From NCBI GenBank assembly GCA_010093605.1, contig MU004185.1, positions 827,334 through 891,333 on the forward strand: a stretch of 64,000 nucleotides of DNA, given 5' to 3'. Below, one piece after another: positions 50,590-64,000 of this stretch (position 1 is its first letter; each line of letters starts with the position of its first letter). This DNA comes from Lophium mytilinum. Lineage: Eukaryota. The translations under genes and the position numbers were made by a program. The notes under the pieces were generated by a model. The model made no database searches. It worked only from the letters and a program-made list of their open reading frames with translations, and was not told the origin of the DNA.

Positions 50590-52431
50590 GTTGACGTATC
50601 AAGAGCGTAAGAAAGTGATGAGAACTGAAGTGGTTGTGGAATAATTGTCTAGGACAAGCCCTGTTCGACCCGGCCATATATACACGGTCCCGGGTTTCAA
50701 ACTGACCTCGAGACTGTTACTACGTCGTGGAAACAAGATTATTGTAAGCCTATCGAATTGCAAGGCGCCTCCGCCTAAGCATGCAGCCTCTGGAGCCGCG
50801 ATTTGATCAGATTGAGGGAAAGAAAGCCCTGCCTGGGACGCGTTCGAGACCAGTCGGAGCGGCTGGCGCTCATGCTCGCTAGTGACTATGCAAGAACTTG
50901 CATGAATGTATACAATGAGATCCGCCATTCGGTGCTTCACTGTGCAAGGCAGACAAGCCTAAATGGTAGTATCGAGGGAGAGAGTGGTGGCTACGTCTGG
51001 CTTGGTCCGTGAGGTCATTTACGACACCGATCTAGCAAGCTGCGGTACTGAGATTGATGAGGCGAACACGATGGTAGCTGTAGGTAATGCCGATACGACG
51101 CTGGGATCGGAAACGCGCCCGGCTCGTAGGAGTTGCGTACCAGGTGCGGTGATATTCTTTACCGAGGTCATGGACTCACCGACCCATGTGGAATGTTTGG
51201 GGGCCATAGCTATAGACGAAGGCAACCAGAGTGTGTGAAAATGAAGCCACGCATTGGAATTGCCAACGTCATAGGAGAGAAGTGCTCTTTGGGGTGGGGG
51301 GATTCAGATGACATGGGCCGGGCCGGTCGTCCGGGCCTGGATGAATCCATCGGGGCATGTGCTTGTGCACTTTTCGTAACGGCCACTCATTGCAAGAGAT
51401 AGTCGAGCCTGACAAGGAGATGTTACGCGGCCTGAGATATAAAAAGGAAGGCTCTGTGTGACGGTCGTCACGCGGTGTATCCCTTTATATTCCTCTGCCA
51501 TGTATGTCCGGTCATATATCCAATGAAGGTTGCTTGCATAGTATTTTATGCTAGTCTCGCAAGATCAAGAGACGCTCATTCGAGCTCATATTTTCAATGG
51601 TCGGAATGTCTCCCGTATCTTTCCCGTGGGAACAGGAGTTCTCTCGAATATTACGATGTCATTCCTCGTAGTGAGATAGAAATTCGCGCTCTACAGTGGA
51701 GCTCCTAACATGACCAGTGAGACGGCCACTCCGTACACATGGTTTGAGTAAACAGCAGGGGGTTTGAGCGAATTGATAAATGAGGCGGCTTAGAGAGTGA
51801 GGCGACGACTGATGATAGGGCGGGGACAAATCTAGGAAATGTGGCAAATAAACCTCAAAAGATGCTGAACTAGACGCTACAAGGAGACGTTAGCCGAATC
51901 CATCAGTTAAAAGATGAGACAGTGAGATTTGAGGTTAGACTCTATCTTGTGATGTCGGCCGGGTCCGTGATGTTAAGCAGCCAGCCTTATAAGGCGTATC
52001 ACAGGGCTGTGTAAAGCCAACGACCCCTATCGTCGATCAGAATACGATCAATCCTTTCACCTAGCAGTTATCAAATGCGTTGATAAAGGGTATAGGGAGG
52101 ATGGTATGAGCGTAGTTGCGGAGTGAGGTTGGAATAATCCATGGTATGAAGTGGCAGTCTTGGCACTGCGCTAGCTAGGCTTCTTGTGATTGGGCGGCAT
52201 TCAATATCAGGACTGTGGCTTGTAGGTAAGGTATCAAATAACGCTCTCATATGTTTCCTCCTAACATTTGCCTGCTAAGGAGCAAGACACGGGCAGTAAC
52301 GCCTGACCTCCATTTGCTTGCCATTCCCCATGACCTATGCACCATCCACATCCAAACCGCAAAACGCCGGACTATGCCTTCGTAAGAGAGTTGAAGTTTG
52401 CCCAAGTAGCTGGAGCCTTGAAATCCGTGAT

Positions 52432-53882
<1,451 letters not shown>

Positions 53883-54359
53883 TCATACCAAAAGTCGCCG
53901 CTGTTCGTTCATTGGCTAGAGACTAAAAGCTGCCAAGCCATATCACGTGGGAGGTCCTAAGGCCGTCTTCTTTAGACTCGAGCCCAATCTGAAACTTCAA
54001 GCAAATCATATGGAAGCCACTGAGACCTCGAGTGTTTATTCTACCACCTATTCTGATAGGTATAGCCTGCCGGCCAGCTGTGCACCCACACCAATTACCA
54101 ATCGTAGAAGCAAACCGGCAAACTACATGCTAGGCTCGCAGCATATTGCATACAAAGACAAGCCATCCGCTCATCACATCCATGATATAACTTTACAAGA
54201 ATCCGCTCAAACTCCAACACAACAATCCCGCTAGAGTTGGGTTTGCTCTGGATTGAGCCAAAGCCTTCCGTATAACGCAGCGCTGGGTGGAAACATGCTA
54301 GTGAAGTGTCGGAAGGGGGGTGTATATCGCTAACAGTCTCACGATATACGTACTCTGTC

Positions 54360-57300
54360 TCAAAGCTTGAATTTCTCCAGGTACTTTGTCGCTTCCTCAA
54401 CGCCTTGGTCGACCTTGTCGGCGTTGGTGCCCTGGCCGATGGACGTCGCGCCCTTGCCACCCGCTTTGCCGCCGATGACGCCGGCGACTGTCTTGGACCA
54501 TTCTGCGGCGGAGGCGCCCTGGGTAGAGAAGTGCTGTGATGTGTTAGCTCATAGTCTCATCAGAAATTGCTCAATGGAGCTAGGCGATGCAAGCAAATGG
54601 AGATGACAAACCTCAGCAACATAGCAGCCATGCACGACCTTGCCCTCATCTGCACTGGCAGACAGAAGATAGACCGACTTCTCTTTCATGGCTCCCTTAC
54701 CACTGACACTCTTGATCGCTTCACTGATAGCCTTGTTGACCGTCGGGCTCCAGTCGACCTTAGCAACAAGATGGTTCTTGGTCTCATTCTCGCCGAAGAA
54801 GTTGACAATGGTATCCAGCACCCTCTTGTTGTCCGCCTTGGCAGCTGCCTTCTGCTGGTCCAAGATACTCTTCTGCACCTTGGCAAAGCGATCGCGGAAC
54901 TTCGACTTCGTGATGGCAGAGATGCCAAGATTGTTTAGGTCCTGGCCGAGCTTCTTTGCGTCGGATTCCTTCTCGGTTGAGTAGGATGCTTTCTCCAATC
55001 GCACAAGCCTCTGTTCGAATTCGGAGGCCTCGCGCTGCACTTCATAGGCGGTTTGGCCCGTCACGGCGACGATGCGGCGGATGCCCTTTGCGATGCCGGA
55101 TTCTTCGAGGATGATGAGTTCCTTAATCTCACCAGTTTGCTTGACGTGGGTGCCGCCGCAGAACTCGACAGACACCTTCTCCCAATCTTCCCGCTTCACG
55201 TCGCTCAGCAGTTCCTCGACAGGCACACCAACACTAACGACGCGGACGGGGTCTGGGTATGTCTCGCCGAAGACAGCACGAACACCGCGGATCTCACGCG
55301 CAGTGGCGAGTGGGACATCTAGAGCGTACACCTCGCAGTTCTGGCGGATGTATTTCGTGGATATCTCTTCCACTTTCTCAAGTTCTGCGTCCGAGAGGCC
55401 GGACTTGTGTGAGAAGTCATAACGTAGCTTTTCCGGGCTGACCAGGGAACCCTTTTGGTCGATGTCATCGCCGAGTACTTCGCGGAGTGCGTAGTTGAGG
55501 ATATGCGTGCCGGTATGGTTACCGCGAATGGGGAAGCGGCGAAGCTAGTTTCGTTAGTGATTGACTCAGCATGGCCACCCTGACAATGAAAGGAAGAAAA
55601 AACGTACCTCATCGTACTCGGCAATAACCTCGTTGCCGACACTGATCTCACCGTACCTCAGCTCACCAGTGTGCAGAACGTAGCCGGCATAGACCTGAAC
55701 GTTCTGAACATCAATCTCTGCCTCGCCATCAATCACCAACTTTCCAGTGTCATACTCTTGACCACCCTGCTCAGCGTAGAAGTTCGTGCGGTCTAGTAGC
55801 ACACCAAACTGCTCGCCCTCTGGTACTTCTTTCGTGCTCTTGAGGAACTTTTTCGAATGATAGATGGCCTTGACGACAGAGGTGATGTTTTCGCGGCCGA
55901 ATTTGGGCGAGTCGTCCGTCTTGGGAACGTCTTTCATGTTCTCTAGAGCGCCGAGATCGTGAACATCTAGCTTCACAAGTCCGGCAGCGGCCTTCTTCTC
56001 GCCTTTGCTGGCTTCTCGTGCCTTTTCTTGCGCCTCTTCAACCTCCTTGTCGTTGATGCGTAGGCCCCGCTCCTCAGCCATGATTTTAGTGAGATCAACA
56101 GGGAAGCCGTAGGTGTCGTACAATCGCCAGACGTCGTTCCCGGGCAAGTCTATCGAATCCCGCAGCTTGCACTGCTGGGCGTACTTCTCGAACATGACCT
56201 CGCCGCGATCCAGACTCTTTGCGAAGCTCTTCTCCTCCTCGTCCAGAATCTCCTTGACGTCGCCCTCCTTCTTTCTGATCTCGGGGAACATGTCGCCCAT
56301 CTGCTGCACGAGACTCGGCACGAGTTTGGAGAAGAAGTCGCCAATCTCGGTGTTGAAGTACTTGCGTGCATATCGAGCTCCTCGCCTGAGCACGCGGCGG
56401 ACAACGTATCCCCGGCCAACGTTGTTAGGCACGCCTCCGTCAGAGATGGCGAATGTGAGAAGCCGGACGTGGTCGGCGACGACTCGGTATGCAGTATCAA
56501 TGCCATCTGCGTCCTCGTCGCCGAACTTACCCCTGTACTCCCTCGCGCCGGTGATCTCTTGAATCCGCTTGAAAAGAGGGGTGAAGACATCGGTATCGTA
56601 ATTCGACATCTTGTTCTGTAGCACAGACACCAAGCGTTCAAAGCCCATACCGGTATCTACGTGCTTGTTCGGGAGGGAGCGCAACGAACGGTCTGGTTCG
56701 CGGTTGTATTGGATGAACACATTGTTCCAGATCTCGAGAACATTGGGATCGTCCTGGTTGACGAGATGTGCGGCATTGCGTCCGCCGCCAATGCGGTCGT
56801 AGTGAACTTCGCTGCAGGGTCCGCAGGGTCCTTGGTCGCCCATTTCCCAGAAGTTATCCTTCATGTCTCCAGGGAGAATGTGATCCTCGGCCACGCCAAC
56901 TGAACGCCATAGCTCTTTCGCTTCTAGATCCGGTTCCAAGCCTTCAGAGCCCTCAAAGTACGTGACATATAGCCTGTCCGGTTCCAAGCCGTACACCTTG
57001 GTCAGAAGCTCCCAGGAGAATGAGATAGCCTCCTTCTTGAAGTAGTCCCCGAAACTCCAGTTCCCTAACATCTCAAAGAAGGTGTGATGATAACTATCCT
57101 TCCCAACATCGTCCAGATCGTTGTGTTTGCCTCCGGCACGAATGCATTTCTGCGAGTTGACGGCGCGCTTGAGGGTTGCAAAGTCGGAAGCGGGGTCCAC
57201 GGTTCCCAGGAAGATTGATTTGTACTGGTTCATTCCAGCATTGGTGAAGAGGAGGGTTGGGTCTGAAAGAGGGACGACGGAGGAGGAGGGGACTGGGTGT

Positions 57301-57696
57301 GTCAATTGGAATATTTTCAAAGGCTTCAAATTGGATTTGTGAGAGCAACTCTAGGTAGAATCGCATGGGAGAGGAGCATGAGATAGAAGAACATAGCAAA
57401 TACCCACCAAAAGTGTGTCCATTCTTTTTGAAGTACTCCAAGAACGTGTCCCGCACCTTCACAGCATCCCACTCGTGCTTCTCCTCGGTGAGGGATGTCT
57501 CCGCCATTGTGTGCAGGCGTCTGGCGCTCGCTCCAATGCTAAACCTGACCCGAGTGCTGTAGAGGTTCGGCCGTCGAGTCGTATTCTGTGCAGAAGTAGT
57601 GTGGCAATGGTTGTTGGAGCAAAAGATCGAGAGGCCCCTCCAAGTGAACGCTGAGGCCCCGTGACTCACACCACTGCAACACGACTTCCGCAGCAT
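54360..57696 (-). CDS. ALA1: Alanine--tRNA ligase (probable cytosolic plus mitochondrial isoforms)
   Basis: [73 protein letters not shown] and GGKAGGK; three introns; in-frame ATGs at 57696 and 57507. Confidence 0.97.
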
Positions 57697-57852
57697 CAAC
57701 TCCTATCACTCTTCGTCGAGGGCGCTTCACTGTCGAATGAGCTACCACCCCACCGACCTCTTTAGTCGCAGACTCGATTGGTGACGACGAAACGACGCGC
57801 TGCTGATTCTTGGAAAGACTTAAGAGTGCTGGAGGGAGAGCGGGTGGGATGT

Positions 57853-58597
57853 ATGGCGGCCAGTCGCGCCGCGATCACAGCTTCTCCCGGCCAACAACCA
57901 CAACAACAGCAGCAGCAGCATGGAACCAAGCGGCCTGCTGAGAACACCTTGCAAAATGAGCAGCGGCTGAGCAAGAGATTCGATCTGCTCAACATAGGTA
58001 GGTCCATCCGTTCCGTCTTCATCCCAACTGCCACCGCACTTGAAGCTCACTCACTCGGTAGATAGCAATGGCCAGCGCCTCTACATTCCCGTCTCATCCT
58101 CCTCAAATGCTCCGCGACAGCCTCCGAAGCCAGTGCTCCTCCCAACAGATAGGAAAGAGAAGCGGAAACTCCGGTTTCCTCCAGATGGAGACTCCCTGAT
58201 GGAGGTGGAGGACAGCCCTCACAGAGTCTACATACACGACCTGGCCGCCGAGCTCTCCGATGTGGAGTCTGATGATGAGCACCCGGTGTTCCTCTCCGAC
58301 ATCGAGAAACACTTGTCTAAAATCCCCGCCTTCATTTTGGCAAGCCCCGAGCCCAAGTCCACGCGCGACAATCAAATCGTCCTATACAATGTCCCTAGTT
58401 CGCTGAGCGTGCCCGAGGAGAAGGATAGCGTGCGGAAGGCGATTGTGGAGGCGCGAGCGAGGATGAGAGAAAAGCAGGGCTCGACAGTTCAAGAGCCTGC
58501 GCTACAGGAGGCCAACAGTAAGGCGAACGAGAAGGAAGAGCAAATCTCTGCGATGGAGGAGGATGATCCAGATGCTATGGACATAGACGACTTATAA
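57853..58597 (+). CDS. Conserved fungal hypothetical protein
   Basis: KRPAENTLQNEQRLSKRFDLLNI|intron|...MEVEDSPHRVYIHDLAAELSD...IVLYNVPSSLSVPEEKDSVRKAIVEARAR...DAMDID. Confidence 0.8.
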
Positions 58598-58862
58598 TCA
58601 GCAGTGTACACAATTGGATTCTCATGGACAACGCTTTAAGGTGCATAGTGACAGGTCGCTGTTTTGAGGTATCTAGGTAATTAGTGGCTTTGGAGAGGCC
58701 AGACTCTAGTCCCAACCGTGGCCCAGCCATGCTGAAACACCGCCATTCCTCCAAACAATTCAGTTTGGCTTCTAAAGATGCTGACGGACCAAAATACAAA
58801 TTCCCAGCCAAAACTCCCCCAACCAATTCCAAGTGTTGCCTCTACATTCCCGATTACCCCAC

Positions 58863-59807
58863 TCATCGTCTCAGCTTCCCCAGAAGATTACCAACCGCTA
58901 GCTTGGCCCTTTGCGGCCTTGGTGGAAGCTCCGCGGACTGATTCTCGATATCGCTAGGCTGTCCACCACCCACTACGCCTGTCTCTTGGCCAGCGGGTCC
59001 GCTGTAACCAGGGGCCATGCCGTATCCGCCAGGCTCCTGTGATCCGCTTCCCACGTGTGGCCGCATTTCCATAGCGTTTTGTTGAGGATGAAGCTTTGTG
59101 GCTCCCGGAGGTGGCACATAAGACGGAGGGGCATCGTGGTTGTAGACTGGAGGAGGCTCGAAGTAAGTGCCGTCGTTGGCGCGGTATGGTTGTTGCTGGT
59201 ACTGTTGTTGCTGGGTATTGTAGAACGTAAAGTGATTCTGAGGTGCCTGGCCGTAGGGTGTTTGTCCGTAGCGCTGGCGGTCACGGAGGGGAACTAGCCA
59301 CTGTGTATGTATTGTTAGCGTGCGTCTTGTAGAGATGGAAGTACAAGTGGAAGCAGGCTCGAGCTTGTGCAGTTTGGAGATAGATATATCTGCAACTGTC
59401 GCCCTCACCGAGTGTGCCTTGGATCTATCCGCACTTGCTGCTGGCTGCCTTGAAGAAGACGGCCAGGCAGCAGTTGTGGTATTCCGAGGCGGGCGGGATA
59501 GTTTAATTGGAAGCACACGTACTCGGTGATATGCGAGGAGCGGTAGGCCTTTGCGCAGGCGACTCTTAGCATGAATGTATCCACCAAGGAACCAGGCCAT
59601 GAAGAAGACGAAGATGGCGGCGAGAATGCACCATTTGATTATTTCTCCTTTCTGGGATAAATGTCAGTACGAGGAACAACTACCAACGAGCGACATCGTG
59701 TTCGACAAGCTTACCGTTGTGTACCAGAAGCCATCGTACTGGTAGCATTGAATATCGCCATTGAAGTCCTCGACGCAATCACTCCTCTTCGAGAACATGG
59801 CTGGCAT
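58863..59807 (-). CDS. Rcr1/Rcr2-like single-pass membrane protein with PPxY motifs (probable Rsp5 adaptor)
   Basis: Short Cys-containing N-terminus, TM IIKWCILAAIFVFFMAWFLGGYIHA, RLRKGLPLLAYHR|WLV, then PPPVY and PPSY motifs; introns ~59714-59653 and 59522-59301. Confidence 0.75.
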
Positions 59808-61150
59808 TGATTTGCGCTCGTACGCCAAGAGCTATGAAGTCAAGCCGATGTAGGGCGTTGTGGGGAAGGTGATGTCCGTCAAGGTGGAGAGCCAAGGAGT
59901 CGTGCTAGAGGTATGATTCAGGGAGGCGGGTGCTTTTAGGGGAAATATAACTCCCAGAGGAAGGCTGAGCAAAGTATGTGCGACGGCGTAGTATGGCAGT
60001 TGTCACAAAGAGAGTGTCCAACGTGTGGGGTTTCAGGAGGGTCGAGGTCGTTTCACGATGTGTCTGAGGGAGTGTTGTTGACTGCGAGCCAGTGAACAGC
60101 AGCAAGGGGCGGGAGGCGTGCTCAGAAGCGATTGAAGGAGCAAAAAGATGATGCAAGGAGACTCAAAGGAGAGACAGAGGACCCGCCGTCTTAGAGAGAG
60201 GAGTGGCTGGGCATAGCAAGGAGGGTGGTGTGGTGGTGCAGTTGGAGATCGAAGCTGAGAAGGAGGCGGGAGATTCAGCCACGCAATGGTCGGGGTCCAA
60301 GCTCCCAACCTTGTCTCAGCTCCTTCCTAGCCCACTGTTTTTCCCGTCCCTGCATAAAGATCACCGCTATGCATAATTTATTTATGTCTTACCAATTCAC
60401 CGTCAAACGGAAGCGAATCACAAGGAACAATTATATTACTGCAGAGGACACAGGTTTACGTACGCTTTTTTTTGCGTCTTGTTCTGATTTAAGATGAGGT
60501 GTGAGGCATCATAACTCTCAGCCATTTGGCGGACTATCACAGGGTAACGAATGAGATAGGTCTGATTCAAGCTCTCAGGGACGTTACATGCTAAACAATA
60601 CTTTTAAAGTGCGCTTAAGCACCTTAGGCGGTGGTAAGATACCTCCACAGTGAGTATCTTTAGATTTCTGTCAAGCGACTGTACTATTATCCAGTAAGTC
60701 CGGGGAGAATGCCACCCATCGGAGTACGTAAATAGCGTCCTCTGCTACAACTTTAATGCTCCATTTATTTCCCAGAATCTGTAGGTACAATACCAAAGGA
60801 CTGTAGCGTAAGATCACTGAATCACTAGAAAGCGTAGAAACTGTCTAACACTTTGAAAGTCTATATCATTCAAACTCTGTAAATGTATCAAAGTACCTGG
60901 AACAGTAGCAGTCAAGTGCATACGGACTCACACCGAGGTCGTGTCAATAATACAGAGAGCCAGGAATAAACATCGTACCCTTCAAATCTACATTTGCTTT
61001 CTTCATCTTATGCGTTATGCAAAGGCGTCTGATAGATTCAGGTCTAAGCTATCGTACTCCAACGTCTATTCCCCCTTTGCAAATCTTATATCGCACTGTC
61101 TTCCCCTTTCTATACCAGGCTCTTATATCGAGAACGTATCTAATCTTCAA

Positions 61151-61242
61151 TCCGGTGTGGTGTAGTTGGTTTAGCATGTTCTCGGTTCTGCATCTGTCGA
61201 TGCGTCCCGCCAGCGACCCAGGTTCGATCCCTGGCGCCGGAC
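61151..61242 (+). tRNA. tRNA-like Pol III gene, isotype undetermined (aberrant anticodon arm)
   Basis: Acceptor TCCGGTG/CGCCGGA, D-arm GTGT-AGTTGGTTTA-GCAT (A box), T-arm CCAGG-TTCGATC-CCTGG (B box), T5 run at 61261-61265; 40 nt between D and T arms. Confidence 0.8.
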
Positions 61243-61795
61243 ACAATGAATTTCACATTCTTTTTGGCCTTCTGACCGCGGTGAGGTTGAATTCATATCC
61301 GTATAGGAAATGTAAAAGAAGGGACTCAGAGCTTGTCATTTCTTAGATCTGGAAGGACAGAGAACACATCACCCGACACCTCGACGATAAAGTACGAACA
61401 TTTTTCTTTCCTAAGTCCTATAGCTACACAACACCACCACCTGCACCCCTCCCAGAGTTGCGCAAAAAGCTAGCTATAAAAAACATTGCTCCGAATGGTA
61501 TCATCACCCGCAAACTCCAGCCATCCAGCCGGTGCCCGTGTGTCCTGAAACGATCCACCCAAAGCAGCCCAACCAGAACCCAACCCGATCTTATTCCTGT
61601 CCAGACGCCCCCATTGCCCTAGCTCCGTCATTGCGGCTCACCACCCAAACAGGCACACAAAGCCAGCCGGTCTCAAGGCGCCGCTACCCACGGTCACCAA
61701 TGGCAAAGACTCCGACCCGTGCAATTCGCTCATAACTTAAAAGACAAGGCTGAATACATAAAACGACGGGCGAGTCAAAATACATGGGGGAGAAT

Positions 61796-64000
61796 CTAAT
61801 GCAAAAGGTTCCGCAACGACGGACTAGCACTCGCGCCTCCGGGCATCCGGTTGTCGCCCTGAGGGGGTGCTGTTGGCGTCTCTCTCATTGCCACGTCGCG
61901 TGGCGTCGAAGGCCGTGTGTTGTGAAGCTGTCCAGGACCCGGGCTCCCGTGGTGATTCGGATACGCAAACGGACTCTCAGTCTGCCGTGATGGCATTGAC
62001 CCATTGTGGTGAGGCGGGGGTCCATTTGTATGAGGCGGCGGTCCATTGGCGTGAGGGGGCCCGTTAGGGTGAGTCGGGGAGTAGGGCAGGTGTGGTGAAT
62101 GCATGCCATTTGTCATAGTCATCATCGGAGCATTGGAGAGATGAAGGGGCGCAGGAGTATGAAGCGGAGGATAGGGCGATCGAATAGGTCCGTGATGCAT
62201 GGATTGATAGGACGGAGGCCCGGAGTACTGCTGGTATCCATTCGTTTGATGCATTGGAGTGTATGGCGTCTGATATGGTTGATGGTGAGGAGGCATAGGT
62301 GGCACCTGTTGAGGTTGATGAGACTGATGAGGTGGCGGCGGATGAGGGATCCCGTTGCTCATTTGCGGTGGATGAGATCCCCAATCTGGCATGTGCGGTG
62401 GTTGCGGTGGCATATGAGGGTTCGGCTGCCATGTGGGCATTGGCGGAGGATATGAAGGGGGTGGAGGGGGTGATCGAACCGGTAGCTGTTGAGGTTCTGG
62501 TATTGTTTGCGCTGGTGGGGTCGGTGACGGTGCTCTCTCCAACTCTGCTGGTTCTTCAGGAGCCATTTTCTTCTTCCAATGACATTTCTGACACAGGTAC
62601 TTGGCGGTTTGGGTGATCGCAACGTCCGTGTCCACCGTGAGCCTAACCGCAACATCAGGCGCAGGAGGTGTTGCGTCGGGCATCGCATAGTCGTGATCTC
62701 CTGTGCCATTGGGCAACTGCACTCCGTCAGGTCTTGGCTGCTTCTCCGACGCAATGTGGGGTTCTCGGTCGACGCCATTCATGACAACTCCCTCCATTGG
62801 CTGGCTAGCAGAGACTGATATTGGGTTTGGTGCTGCAGTCTCCTTGACTTTCCACCACTTAGGGCTCGCGTCGATATCACACGTAGCGCATCGGCGTTCT
62901 GATTTCGCAGACTTTGCTTCAGTATCCTCCTCTTCCTCTTTAACCTGAAGCCCAGCGTTGGACGGCCGTCCTGGTCTTGCTGACGTTGGGGTTGGGTTCG
63001 TTGTTGAAGTGCGCCGGTTGACTGTAGCTGGCCCTGTTGCCGCCGTGGGTAGTGTTTTCGTAGTTTGATCCATGAGACTGGCTTTCCGCGCGGTTCCGGT
63101 CAAGGTGAGGTCTGCCTGCTTGTAGTTCTGGGCATATAGTTGAAGTGCGTTTGTTCCAGCCTCATCTATTACCTCGCTCATCTGATGGACAATGGTCTTT
63201 GGTGTATGCTCCTTGCACCAGATAGCAGCAGTCATTGAGCCGGTTTCCCCACCAATCGTGAAAGTTGGGATCGCATCCCGACGAGTAGCCTTTACAGGTG
63301 TAATATCGAATCCAAACGTATAATTTGCCGCGTGTGCGCAGCCCACGTGAAAGAGGGCGTGACATTGATGGCAGGAAACGCAGGCGCCCACCGATGTCTT
63401 ACAGATCTTGCAACTACCATCATACCGAAGTGTTGGCGCGCCTACGCCTTCAACAACGTCTAGTGTCTTGGCTTTAACGAACTTGGTCTCTGGAGACCAC
63501 ACCGCACAAGGAACATGGACCCAGTTGTTGTCGGCCGTTCGCTTCAACGGTCCGCGGGGTATTTCGGGTCGGCCTTTATCGCGTTGTCCTTGACGGTAGT
63601 CTTCTCTGAATTTGTCGACAAGCTCTTTTTCAAGTCTTTCCTTTTCCCTCTCTCTGTCTGTCTTCTTCTTGTGAGACACCTTGGGAGGTTCCACGAGGTC
63701 AATATCAACGTCGACAACCGGACAAAGCACGCAGGAATAGTTCTAAGTAGTATGAGTATTCGACCAAGCTTTAGCAGATGTGATGAACTTACGTATGAAA
63801 CTTGCTCCTTCTTATCGTTTTTACACATATCACAGAACCAGTTCGGATTCCTAATGTATTCGATGCCGTAGCAGTTCCGGTGTACGGTCAACTTGCAGCC
63901 ACTACAGCTGATATGCTGATCGCCTAGCGGTTCTAGTTGCCTGCAAACAGCACAAGGCAAGATACGCATTCTAGGCTTGGCAGGAATAGGGGGAGGGGTA
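61796..64000 (-). CDS. SNT2: Snt2-like PHD-finger chromatin protein, 3' part
   Basis: PHD CAVC...CSGCKLTVHRNCYG...WFCDMC, ePHD KRTADNNWVHVPCAVW...CHQCHALFHVGCA, GATA-like CATCDIDASPKWW...CQKC, Pro-rich tail ending ASASPSLRNLLH. Confidence 0.88.

Noticed and set aside
57892..57920. CAA/CAG repeat
   Set aside because: Ordinary short polyQ tract in a coding exon.
61190..61203. GTC in a hairpin loop suggesting tRNA-Asp
   Set aside because: The loop is 4-6 nt rather than 7, it is misplaced relative to the D arm, and the discriminator is not G.

Overview
Eukaryotic, intron-containing filamentous-ascomycete DNA (Pezizomycotina; Dothideomycete-like by inference). About 24 mostly housekeeping genes lie in two gene-dense blocks of roughly balanced base composition. 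Left block: NDUFAF7-like methyltransferase, cysteine synthase, Nop14, PTH11-like membrane protein, Ppe1, Utp23, dynein intermediate chain and two GPI-anchored wall proteins. Right block: SET-MYND, NUFIP1/Rsa1, cupin, PI-PLC, Dus2, AlaRS, an Rcr1-like adaptor and Snt2. An 11.1-kb AT-rich, RIP-mutated island (23615-34718) separates the blocks. It resolves into a full-length Mutator-like DNA transposon (~207-bp TIRs, 9-bp TSD TTCCCTCTC, intron-containing DDE/SWIM transposase) interrupted by a complete Ty3/gypsy chromovirus (753-bp LTRs, TSD GCGCG) that carries an antisense Cys-rich/coiled-coil ORF. The most unusual non-TE signals are: a fold-back that base-pairs the 5' splice site of a stop-free 222-nt intron in the Rcr1-like gene; a 409-nt structured intron splitting the PLC C2 domain; a tRNA-like gene with intact acceptor/D/T arms but a non-canonical anticodon arm; a TCACGTG motif upstream of four RNA-biogenesis genes; and a 7.3-kb gene-poor interval between convergent genes. 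All calls are by eye; no database searches or folding programs were run.
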